A stretch of 64,000 nt of DNA from Paramecium tetraurelia (Eukaryota), in assembly GCA_000165425.1 (NCBI GenBank), contig CT868108.1:310001-374000 (forward strand). The letters are read 5' to 3'. A model generated the notes under the pieces. The model worked only from the letters and a program-made list of their open reading frames with translations. It was not told the origin of the DNA and ran no database searches. The position numbers were made by a program, and so were the translations under genes. The stretch's first letter is position 1, and every line of letters begins with the position of its first letter. This document shows positions 1 through 11,768 of this stretch, one piece after another.

Positions 1-447
1 TTCTCTCCCAACTGTTACAGGACCAGTCACAGCTCAATTGAGAAATGGATAACTCTAAACCTACACTTATTAGGACTTAGCGAAATTGAGTGACAAAGTG
101 CAGGGATCTAAACATGTCATTGTCTCTGGAGATCCATAAACTGTAACCAACTTCAGCATTGGTAAGTTCAAGGATTTCTAATATCGTAGTTGTCGGAGGA
201 TTGGAAAGAGGTTACAATACAGTTTTGACAGGCGCAGACAAATTAACCAAGGTCTAAAAGATTCTACAATATTATGACAATTATAGTTTGGTAGTAGATG
301 ATTCAGTTCTCAGTGAATAATAATAAGTATGATGAACTTTTAATATCCTTGTAGTCTGTTGATGTTGGCAACCTTTAAAATTTATTCACAGTTGGCGATG
401 TCACAAAGGCTCAAAATGTATTCCAAAAATAAGCCATCTAAATTTGA
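1..447 (+). CDS. 3' part of a protein of unknown function (truncated at window start)
   Basis: Open in ciliate code from nt 2 (SLPTVTGPVTAQLRNGQLQTYTYQDLAKL...QKQAIQI*), with GT..AG introns at 162-189 and ~327-354 and TGA at 445-447. No family confidently recognised. Confidence 0.7.
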
Positions 448-482
448 TATAATAATACCAAAAAAACACAATTATATAAATA

Positions 483-1811
483 ATGGATTAATCTTCATCA
501 ATTCTGAGTATTAAGAGAGAGAAATTTAGAACCGTGATCAGAAAAGAGTTCATTGAATAACAACTCAAAAAAAAGAGAATCATTATACCTGAATAGGAAG
601 ATCACGATTTGAATGATAAACTCAAAATTATTAAAAAATAGATGATAGCCATTCATGAAAATATTGAAAACGATTTTAAAAAAGCCATGATTAAATATTA
701 TGATTATTTAGTAGACTAAGATCTCATGAATGAATTGCTTCTCTAATTTGAATTGAATTGGCAATAAAATTATAGGATAAATATCTATTGGATACTTTGC
801 AATCTAACTCTAGGAGATAATATTGGAGCTAAATTTCTATTCGATACAAATTTCGACTTTTTAAAAATACTCTACACTGATATTAAGAATCCTGCTTATA
901 ATGAATTTGTTCTTGAAATCATACAAAATTTGTTAGCAGATGATGACATTGATGTTTTCGAATATCTGATGAGAGATGATGAATTACTTCAAATGCTTAA
1001 TAAAAATGTCAATATCATATCAGAAGAAAACTATAAAAAATTATTAGTGCATATTTGTGTTAAAATTGTTGAATTTAAATCATTGTTGAGTAATTATTTA
1101 GTTGAAACATTGTGTTAATTGATGCCTTAGTATATAGCATTTTAATGCACTTACATTCTGACTTCAAGAATGGAATTTAGTAATCATCATCTGGTCCTTC
1201 ATGCCATTCGATATTTACTAAACAATGATGACAATCTCACGTCTATAATCTTAAGGATTTTACAAGAAATAACAGATTCTTATTTACTCTATTAAATATT
1301 GCAATAAAAAGAAATACATAGCTTTATCTGTAATTTGTTTTTAACAACAAACAATTCAAATTGTATTAAATCTCTACTAACTATATTTTATAATGTAGTC
1401 GAATCAGAAGAGATATAATTTTATATCTGTCAGAAGGAAGTCTTAAACTTAATAATAAAATATTCATTAAACTTAGAATACACTGAAAAATCATTAAATG
1501 TATTAGAATATCTAATGCAAGATGATAATTTTTTATTTGAATATCCTGAACTTGTAGATGAAAAGTATTATTGTTCATAACTTCATAATTTAAATGATGA
1601 AGATCCAAATACTTCAATTGCTATTTTAAATTACATTAAAAGAGTACTAGAATTTTGGGATACAAGGAATGATGACAAGTATTTAAATATATTTTCTAAA
1701 TACAAAAATAAGGTAAAATATAGATTTTATTATCAGATAGAAAATTTGCATATGTCTTAAAATAAAAGTCTATCAAATTTAGCAAATTAGTTACTTTTAT
1801 GCTATGATTGA
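483..1811 (+). CDS. divergent importin-alpha-like / ARM-repeat protein
   Basis: ATG 483. The basic N-terminus KREKFRTVIRKEFIEQQLKKKR resembles an IBB domain. The body is helical and Leu/Ile-rich, and the C-terminal IENLHMSQNKSLSNLANQLL resembles the importin-alpha final ARM. One short intron near 1712-1736. TGA 1809-1811. Confidence 0.6.
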
Positions 1812-1848
1812 ATTATTATTATTTTTATTAATATATAAATATTTTGGA

Positions 1849-2694
1849 ATGTTTAGAACTTTAGATGATTTAAAGAAAGGTGAAAAAGATGAAAAACAAA
1901 AGAAAACAAGCAATTCTTATGCTGGAGGAGAAAAGAGGTAAGAATTTTGATTAAATATCGTAGTGGTCTTTCTGTTGAAAATCCTGATGATATGGATTAA
2001 ATAATTAATAATGCGTAAAAATCTATTAAAATCCATATAGAAAATAAGGAGGCACCAGGCCTGATTAAGATGAGGATCCAAAAGAATGGTGCAAAATTAC
2101 TTTATGGAGTAATGGATTTTAAATTAATGATGGTGAATTCAAAGATATCAACGATCCAGAAAACAAGAAATTTCTAGCTGAATTAAGATAAAAGTAATAT
2201 AAGTCTTTATTCTAAAGTTAAGTGCCTACATCCCTGCGATCTAAATATCCAAAAGGATTGAGCGTCAAATTGGAAGATAAAAAAACAGAGAAATATGTAC
2301 CACCACCTCCTCCAAAATATGTGGAATTTAGTGGATCAGGAGTCAGTTTGGGATAATAATAATTTGTTTAATAATAACAACAAGTTAAAGTAGATTTGAG
2401 CAAATAAGGATAAATACAAATTGATCCTAATCAACCCACAACTAACATTATGGTGAGACTCTCCACTGGTAACACAATTACATTGACAGTTAATACTACA
2501 ACAAGAGTGTCAGCCATTCAATAACATCTTTTAAGGTATTTAAAATATTTAAAGTGTTAAGAATGATGAACTTGCCTCCTCAAAAATAAATCTAGTTAAT
2601 TTCTGGCTTCCCTCCAAGACCAATTTAGAATCTCAACTAAACTGTTGAAGAAGCTGATTTATGCGATTCCTAAATCACTTAAACTGTTGTTTGA
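1849..2694 (+). CDS. p47/Shp1-like Cdc48(p97) cofactor, SEP + UBX domains
   Basis: MFRTLDDL...SYAGGEKSGLSVENP, ITLWSNGFQINDGEF (SEP), FSGSGVSLG (SHP box), TTNIMVRLSTG...LISGFPPRPI (UBX FPP loop). Several ~23-27 nt introns. Confidence 0.92.
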
Positions 2695-2784
2695 GTTATT
2701 AGAACAAAAATATCTATAGTATAATTTATTTCGTATTGTTTATGAGTTTTTATCCCCTAAAATTGATTATTATTAGTTCTAAAA

Positions 2785-4269
2785 ATGGGGAATAGAAGTT
2801 CAAATAATTCGAATTAAAAAATCGGATCAGAAGCAAAATGCCCTAATTGCGATCGTAAGTTTGGACCTTCTACTACTTACAACTCGCTTAATACACATAT
2901 AGATCTATGTCTATAAAATTAATTACAGATAAATAATGTAGGGTTTCAAATGCCTCAGCCATAAGTTTAATTGGGAGATAATTATATTTGGGTGAAATAA
3001 AACAATCAATGGAAAAGAATTTAATCATAAGTTAATGGTGGATAGATCTAGGTAACATTTGTAATAAATTTTAAAGAATTTAAGTGTTCAAGATATTAAG
3101 AACAGATCCTTTCCTGAAAAATAAATGTGGTTCAATCTTTAACTTGAAAAATTTCGTATTCCTTGGTAACTGGGATCTGATAAATTGAATGTCAATTATA
3201 ATGATTTATTATAATCGTCATTGACTTCAGCTAGAAATGTTAATGTGTACAAAGAAGTCAAGGTGGTATTTTAGAACGACAAAGTGTAAGATGCAGGTGG
3301 TTTATTGAGAGAATGGTTAACTTTGATTTTTAAAGAGATGTGCAAAGATATCTTTACATTGACAGAAACAAATGATGTCACATATAAAATCGCTAAACAG
3401 AGCCAATATTTTGATTTAGTTGGTTTAGCAATTGCAAAAGCACTCTTTGAAAGAATGACAATCTGTGTTGAATTCGATAGACCCTTAGTAAAAAAATTAT
3501 TAGGTTAAGAAAATTGAATTTTAAGACATGCAGTTTTATGATAAAAGCCTTTTTATGAGTTGGAAATATTTACTTGAAAATCAATTTGACGAAAACGAAT
3601 TATAATAATATTTTATCATTTGTAAGGATGATGAAATAATTGAATTAAAATAAAATGGAGCTGATATTTTAGTAAACAACTAAAACAAATAAGAATTTGT
3701 TGATTTATGGTAATCTATTAATTATAATATTAGTATCTAATACTATAGTGAAAAAATGATATCAAAATAGCTTGGATAAATCTAAACAGCTTTATATAAA
3801 TATATTCCAAAGGATTATTTAAATATTTTTACAGCTGAAGAATTTGAAATGATTCTTTATGGTGTATCTGTTGTAGATTTAGCTGAGTGGAAATAGCATA
3901 CAACGTACAAAACTCCATATGCTGATACTTCTCAACAAATACAATGGTTTTGGAAGATATTGTCTGAGTTCGATCAGGATTAACTAAAGAAGTTTCTACA
4001 TTACTGCACAGGCTCTTATAGAATCCCAGTTAAGTATTTATAACATAATTAAATTTCATAGTGGTTTTAGTAAACTTGAGTCCAATAGAGGAATGTATTC
4101 AAAATTTTAGATAGTTCCCATTGATTATAAAAATACAAATTCTTTCCCAATAGCTCATACATGTTTCAACAGACTTGAGCTTCCAAAATATACAAGTGAG
4201 GAAATGATGAGAAAATATTTGAGATCTATTGTTCTTAATGATCTTGAAGGAGTTTTTGGAATGGAATGA
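2785..4269 (+). CDS. short HECT-domain E3 ubiquitin ligase with N-terminal C2HC zinc finger (apparent 1-nt frameshift at ~3510)
   Basis: VQDAGGLLREW, IQWFWKIL, KFLHYCTGSYRIP, catalytic FPIAHTCFNRLELPKY, ending GVFGME*. N-terminus MGNRSS...CPNC...H...C. Confidence 0.92.
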
Positions 4270-4369
4270 ATAATTAAAATCATAATTGATGTTAATTTAT
4301 ATTATTGCTCAACAAAAATAAATCTCGTCCAATAATTTAATCTCGATAAGTATATAACTTATCCTTCAA

Positions 4370-6064
4370 ATGTTTTCCAAAAGTGAAAATATTTAGAATC
4401 TGATGCTAAAGGGAAGACATTCATTTTCATAAAAGATGGAACCACTTATTGAGTAGATTATAAAAATCAGAATTTCCGAATTCTAAAATTAGCTAACTCT
4501 AAGTCTGGTTTTATTAATTAAAATAATAAATCAGTTGTTACTTTAACACTATTCTAAACAATATTTGATGTTAAACTGAGCTTGAACATCAAATTTCAGC
4601 AAAATTTTTATTAAAATTATCCTAATGCTTTCAGAAGAATAGATAGAAATAATTAATATTTAAATTCTATATGTTATGATTTAAATCCTCTATGAACTGC
4701 ATTATATTTGGTATTTTACAACTTTTTAATTTAATTCATCTGAAGATTAAGATATGTAGAATCTAATTCTGTTGAATTTGAAGAACCAAATTGGATTATT
4801 AATAAGCCAATACCATAATATCTATTAAGATAGAGAATTGTATGAGATTTTAATATACGTTGTCTAAAAAATAAAAACAAGGAGAATCATTAAAAATTTT
4901 ATTACTTTTTTATTTGATGTTTTCTTAACTGAATTTGAAATTTATATTAATATTAAGCTTTGAAAGAAAAATTTTAAGTAAAAAGATTTATTTATAGAAA
5001 ATAATGGTTATTACATCCTATTTAATGATTTGATGGTATTTGATTTAATTGGAAAACTGGGAGCAAGTAAGAAAGAAAGAATATCCTTTATTTATGTAAT
5101 AATTTGGCGAATAAACATTATTTATTTCAGTTTATTGAATTAACTTAGAAGAAATCTATCATCAAATTAATATAATTGCTTTAATTTAATTAAATTTATA
5201 TATAGAATGATATTATATTTTTGATGAAAACACAATAAATCTTTCGTAAAACTAAACATTTTGAATTTATTCATATCAACAATATTCTTTAGTTTTTTAT
5301 GCTTATTGAACTTTCATTGAAATCAATATTTTTGAGGTCACATTTTTTGATTTTATTTTATGAAGAAAATTAAAAAGTAGAAAAACTATAGATCAAAATA
5401 CAACAGCATAAATTCTAATGAAAGAGCTCTTATTATTTAATATATTGAGTAATACAAATATTCAACCTCTCATGTATAATTAAATAATTTTCAGGTCTCT
5501 TTAATAACAGGACACAACATTTCTACTATTAAAGCCATTTATTCAGTGTATAAAAAGGAAGGCAGGGTTCAAAAAAAGGAAAAAAGAGATAAAATTTTAA
5601 ATATAACCACTTAAGTATTATTGCTAGTGGTTGATGATACGTAAATAATTGATTGTATTTTCAGAAATGGAAAATGTGTTAAATTAGGTGAGGAAATTCA
5701 AAAGTTTGAAGCTATTAAAGAGGAAGACAAAAATATCAGAGATTCCAAAGAGAAAATGATTTAAGAATTACTTTAAAACAAGAAATGTTAAATTTTAAGC
5801 TTGCTGACAAACTAATAGGCTGTTAACAATTTTACTTAAGATGTGAATAATATTGGCTAAGAGAAAGCCTTATCTAATGAGTTTCTTACCACTGAAAACA
5901 ATTTAAACATAAAATGCGGACACAAACAATCTTTAAAATATTTAAGAAATCGATAACAAGAAAATTTTCCTAGTATAAATTAAAATTTGCAAATGTTAGA
6001 TAAAGGTTTTTACTCTGAACTATAAAGCAGGCTTTATGAATAACATAAATTAATGAGAATGTGA
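4370..6064 (+). pseudogene. degenerate coding-like region with an intact 3' ORF (~5590-6064) and a broken 5' part
   Basis: About 155 codons are open up to TGA 6062-6064 (…LLVVDDTQIIDCIFRNGKCVKLGEE…). Upstream sequence looks coding but every frame I tried has several TGAs. No family recognised. Confidence 0.3.
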
Positions 6065-6622
6065 GAATGTATTTTCAAATCTATGACTATCCTAACAGCT
6101 TATTTTATTAAACTTTTTATATCTATTCAATTTATGTCCTCAGATTATAATGTTATCTTATTCTTACAATTAATTATAAATAACAGTATTAATAATAAAT
6201 GTATTATTATTTCTTAATTTTGAAAATATATTAATGCTTTTAAAAAATATAATTAAAATCTTAATATTAATTAATATATAATTTAAAAATAAAAAAAACA
6301 AGATATTAGTAATAAATGTTAATTGCAAAAATTCCTTTTAACCTTATTTACTAGATAATATCTTGAGTCGCAATCTAATCTAAAAAACTGCAAATGAAAA
6401 TTAATATGAGTTAAAATCGAGTAAGGAATAATAACCTTTATTGATATAAATCGTTAATATTAACTATAAAATTTTACATCAGTTATAAAGTTTATCAAAA
6501 AGCAAAAGCGGAGTTTATTAAGATTAATCCCCTCGAAAATTATTGAATTTTAAATTATAAATCTCATGAGATAAAGATTCAACTTAAAATTTATATAAAT
6601 AAGCACACAATATATATAAATA

Positions 6623-9600
6623 TCAATCTTATTTTACCTTATTTTCTAGTGGTTTAATAGAGTCATTCTTTTTTATATTTGATTTATTTTGTTCAGATAG
6701 ATATTCTTCTTTTTTCAAGACTAATTCAACCCACTCTGGTTCATCTGGAATTACTCCTTCTATTACGAACTTGATTCCTATAACTATATGTTCAGCAACA
6801 ATTAATAATAAAAAGTTTCTCAGTCCAAGCTATTATAAGTAAAATAATACATTGGTTTAATCTTGATCAGAATTTTCATTGGCTCCAACTAATTTATTTA
6901 ACTCTTATTAATTTGCCTGATATATGGTTAAACAGTTTGAAACAATACCAATATAGCCAATTAATTATAAGATATCATTCCAAACTCCTATATTCTTTTT
7001 TGGTTCTGCTAAGGGTCTCTTGACGAATTTTCTAAAACCATATAATAATCCTTCTATATTGAGTAGATTAAAAAACAAGGCTATAATTGGTATAATTTGA
7101 GACCCTGCACTAAACATAGTAACCATACAAAATTATGTCATCTAACTATTGATATAATATTTACAAAATAAGTGAATTATTCGACATGATCAGGTGGGTC
7201 TATCATTCTTTTATTTAATTCAATTTACTGAAGAAAATATTAAGTAGATATTCCCTTATCAAATGATTTATTCATCCCACTAGTTTCAGTGTCTCCAATT
7301 TTTTATTGAGTATTGATTTATTTATTATTGTTTAATTGTTTTTATTTGTTGAAGTCCCAATTGAATTTTAATTTAATGAAACTAAAGGATATCCATGGAT
7401 ATATGGTATACCGAATAAGATGAATAAGAGACCAAGTGATGGTAAATGAGATACTGAAGAGTTTCAACTCAACTTCATCAGGTTTTATTATACTTCGATA
7501 AAAAAGTCGACCAAAAGAGTTAAGAAAGGTGAAAGCAAACACCTTTAAGATATAAACATTCTCTCTTTCATCCTGGAATTGATGATTCTCATAAATTAGG
7601 GTATGTTTAGAGAAGAAATTGAAAATTTCATTAGTAATTAAAACAGTTAAGGCCAAAAGACAAGCCCATAGAGTTTAATAAAAATCATCATCCTCATAGA
7701 CTTGCTTAAGATAATAATACCCGGTCTATTAGCCAGCAATAAAAACTAAGGCTAAAAGTACCAAGGGAGTATTAGATTTAAAGTATTTCCATTGTACATT
7801 CCTTGTGTCCATGATTTCTATTGTATGTGTTACATCCTCAATAATGAAGGACCCTTTATATTAGGGGATGGTTCTTCTTTGTTCCTTTGCCACATGCATA
7901 TCGAAATTATACATGGTTTCACTTTATTTTCTCTTCCAGAATTCAAAAAAGATGGTTGCCCAAACTGCCATACATAAAGTATAAATTGGAGCAATGGCTT
8001 AGATAGCTTCTTCATCAAAATATGAAATGATCCCTAAGATTAGTCCTGGAATAGCTGGTAAAAATAGCCAGGTTGAGAAAAAACATAAAAAAACAAAAAA
8101 CATTCCAACTTCTGGTCCAAAATAGGTTGATAAGGCACTGAAGGTACGACTGGTTGATTTTCTTAATTGAAATGGTTCGAATAAGATATTAATCCTTTCA
8201 TTTTTCCAGAATTTAATGATTAACTCTTTTTCTTCTTCGTCATGCAAGGGGAATTATTCTAAAAGTAATCCATCGCTTATAAATTATTCAATGTCAAATT
8301 CATCATATAATAAAGTCAAAAGGATCTATTAATTATGAATATGATGAAAGTTTTCAAATTATTCTTAGATGTTTAAATTAAATGGAGACAAATACCCTTC
8401 CCTTGAATTATAAATCATCATCTTATTCTAATCAGCAACCACATTCTTAAGTCTTTCATCAACTTTTAAACAATAATAAGTATATTGTTTATCAATAGAT
8501 TCGTAAGAGATGTATTTGAACTATCCTTTTTCAATATTCTTTTTGATTTAAATATTATTAAATTGTTATTCCAATAACTAATTTTTGCTCTTTTGCCAAC
8601 CAACCAATATGTGATTGTAACCTGATCTTAGATAGTTTTTTTCGTCATTATGTAAGAGTTCTCTCTTAAGTTATTTTATTTCATTCAATCGAGATTAATC
8701 AAAGGCTCTGTGATTTCGAAAGTTATAATAATTTGGATCAGCTCCTTTCTTGATTAATATCTTAGCAATTTCAATGTGACCTCTCTCAACTGCAATGTGT
8801 AAGGCAGTCTGAGGTTTATCTTTAGTCATAAGATTGATTACATTTTCTTTTCGAAATATTCTGGATTCATCAGATTCCAAGTAAAATTAAACTAATTCTA
8901 ATCTATTGTGATAGACTGCAGCGTGAAGAGCATTCCTTCCCCTATAAGATGGTTCGAATGGTGAATACTTACATTTCAATAGAGGTCTTACGAGATCTAA
9001 TCTACCTTAGGTGCTTGCCCAAAACAAATATCTAAGACCCACCTAAGTTAATTATTAAGTGGACTTAAGATTTAGGTTATGTTTGTGTAAATTTTTAAAT
9101 GCTTCATATTCTTCATCAAAAACATCCAATTTTTTCCTGTGCTCTTCATTATCTAGATATTGAGCCAAGAACTTCATTATCATATATTCCAGGACTCTTT
9201 CATCCTCTTCCCTGTCATCCAACTCTTTACCTGTCATTAGCGATAAATCAATCGGGAACTAATCCCTGTCATTAGTAAACAACACTAGAAACTCATTAAT
9301 ACGATTACTTAAACTCGGCTCTATGTACATTAATAATTTAGCGGTCTTTAAGTCTCCAAAGAAGCAAGCCCAATGCAATGGATTATTTATTCCTAATTTC
9401 TTATATTGTTCAACCGATGCTCCTCTCTCAATCAATAAAGAACAGATAGCGAATTTCTAGCCCTCTTTCAGAGTGTTGATATCTGTGTTGTACCCACGAA
9501 CACAGGTAAGCATCAAAGCTGTATTGCCTCAATAATAGTTTATGAAAATTTACCCTTATTATCTTAGGAATTAATGTTTATACATTATAAATCAAGAAAA

Positions 9601-9910
9601 TATTCTACAACTTTGTAATGTCCACGATAGGCAGCCTATTATAGTAGTTCATGTACATAATGCAATGCATTTCTGCCATAATAGTCTGTTTTCTTACAAG
9701 CTTATTATAAATGTCGAGATGTCAATGATGTTAACTGATTGTTAATGAACTCTAACTTTCCATCTTATGCGGCCTAGCAATCCTCTATTTGGATACCTCC
9801 AATAAATTAATTTCATCATGGCTGAACAAATTCATGTAAAAATCAATTCTGATATATTAAAATAAATAACCTGTTTTTTATAAATTAATTGCATTTAATG
9901 CCAACTCCAT
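6623..9910 (-). CDS. ankyrin-repeat + anoctamin (TMEM16)-family membrane protein
   Basis: N-terminal ankyrin motifs (GRNALH, NTALMLTC, NNPLHWACFFG, GRNALHAAV, QTALHIAVERGHIEIAKILIKKGADPN). Anoctamin signatures: YFGPEVGMFFVFL, ENHQFQDERENVYILKVFAFTFLNSF, KRP...IGVW, IIVAEHIV...VIPDEPEWV. Confidence 0.9.
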
Positions 9911-10223
9911 TTTAGTAATTATCTCTATTTTTTCAAATCTTTGATTTAATTAAAAACATTTTAAAATTTCAAATCTCTAAGTTAAAATTCATTTTATTGA
10001 TTAATTTGTCTTTAAAGATTTTCCTTCAAAATGAATATAATTTAGTCTGAATAATTGAATTAATTTATATACAATATTCGATTAATTAATAAGTCTTAGT
10101 AGAGTGAGTAATTAAATTTTCATATATTTATTATTTACAAAAATTGAGTATTTTTTAAAGAACCATGATTTTTACATTAATTTAAAAAAGAATGATAACA
10201 ATATAATGCATCATAATATAATA

Positions 10224-11621
10224 TCAATTGCTGTTTTGACTGTCATTTTCACTTTGACTGCCTGCATTTTATCTGTTCATTCTTTGATTGATCTTATAAA
10301 TCTGTTCTGCATCCATTAATTAATAGTCGTTACTAGACTATTCTTCCTCCTCTTCTAGTTATTAATTAAATATAATTGTATCTTGACCTGGAAATCTTTC
10401 CTTGTTGAGTCTAATTCTTCCCTTTTTAGTCTTTATTCTTTATTTTCCCTCCCCTTCAATTTGAATCTTCTTTTTCTTTCTCTTGAATTTTTCAATCTGT
10501 TTCTACACTTTAGTTTCAGGCTTTTATTTTCTAACATACTTTCTCTTAGGCTAAGCAGGATCATAATTGAGTAATTTCTTACCACCTTCCAATTCCATAA
10601 TATCCACAGTCAAGTCCTGAGGGAATGGCATTCTTCTAAGTCTTTGCTTCATTGTACCAATTATAAAAGGCCTTGTTCTAGTCTGTATTACAATATTTAT
10701 AAATGAAGCTCTCTTTGATTTCTTCAATATCCTTTTTTGTGAATTGAGTTTATGGTCCCATTCTACTCAATCTGACTGATGTTGTTAAAATCTCATCTTC
10801 TTCTGTATGTTCTGGACTGGATTCCTCTTCAAGAGCATCATTCCAAAACCGTATTTTAGTTGGTTTGATATATTTCCCCTTTCTGAAATCATCGGCATCA
10901 ATTAGATCGGATGTATCATCAATCGCCTTCAATTCATTACATGAAATGAGCACAATGGTATCCATGATGAAAATATTGAATAAAACTTTCTAAAATTTGG
11001 CAGGGGAGATCATTTTCTTGACTTCAGCCCACATTAATTCAGTCTACAGATGCGAGTTATCAACCAAATAGGTCATTACTTTGACTAATGACTTACAACT
11101 AACTATGATTTCTCTTGCAGATTGATCTTGAACACTCAATGGATCTCTGCTATTAAATTCTATCACTCTCTTTTTTGTGGTCTCTCTCATAGTATCTATT
11201 TTCTATTAATTATATGATGCTATCTTTCCTATCTCTCTATTTAAATCTGAAATTATCTAAGTAAAGTGGATAGAAAATCTTTAGGATAAATAAGTCTTAT
11301 CTCTCTGTTGACCAATCAATTCGTATTAATCTCTGATTGCATCCCAATGACATTTGAATCTCACACAATGATGCCAATGTTGAACCATTTCCTCCGGTGT
11401 AAAGGGTTCCCTGTTTATTTTAGGATCAATTGCTCTCCATCTGGCTTAAACCATTGGTTTCTGAGGTACATTTATACCATACAAATTCTTCATTTATCTT
11501 GTGATTTCTGCCCACTTTGCTTCTCCTACTTTGGAGACCAACATTTCCAAGACTTGATCAAACTAAAAAAATCAGTAGCAATTCTTACTCTTTCAGTGTA
11601 GACTTAAACATGTTTAGGCAT
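10224..11621 (-). CDS. divergent Myb/SANT-domain protein
   Basis: After a ~26-nt first intron: FDQVLEMLVSKVGEAKWAEITRQM...VQARWRAIDPKINREPFTPEEMVQHW...HWDAI (R2R3-like spacing). The C-terminus is low complexity and charged. TGA 10224-10226. Confidence 0.7.
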
Positions 11622-11768
11622 TATTTTAAAATCAAATTAAATTTATAAGCACTGTAGGATTTGAATATCCAAACTAAATTATAAAATGATTTTAAAAAAG
11701 ACTTTAAAATTTTTACTTATAAATATAACATAATATTAATATATATAAATATACATATACATATAGAA

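Noticed and set aside
3506..3517. Euplotes-style programmed +1 ribosomal frameshifting as the explanation for the broken genes
   Set aside because: The sites lack a common AAA-stop signal, several need two shifts within 40 nt, and all are homopolymer lengthenings, which fits consensus errors better.
483..4269. Operon-like proteostasis cluster (importin-like, p47, HECT) with very short spacers
   Set aside because: Tight co-oriented spacing is normal for this genome, and nothing supports co-regulation.
4380..5100. TGA readthrough or selenoprotein-like ORF with several in-frame TGAs
   Set aside because: No recognisable protein family or SECIS. With only one stop codon in AT-rich DNA, such frames arise by chance or decay.
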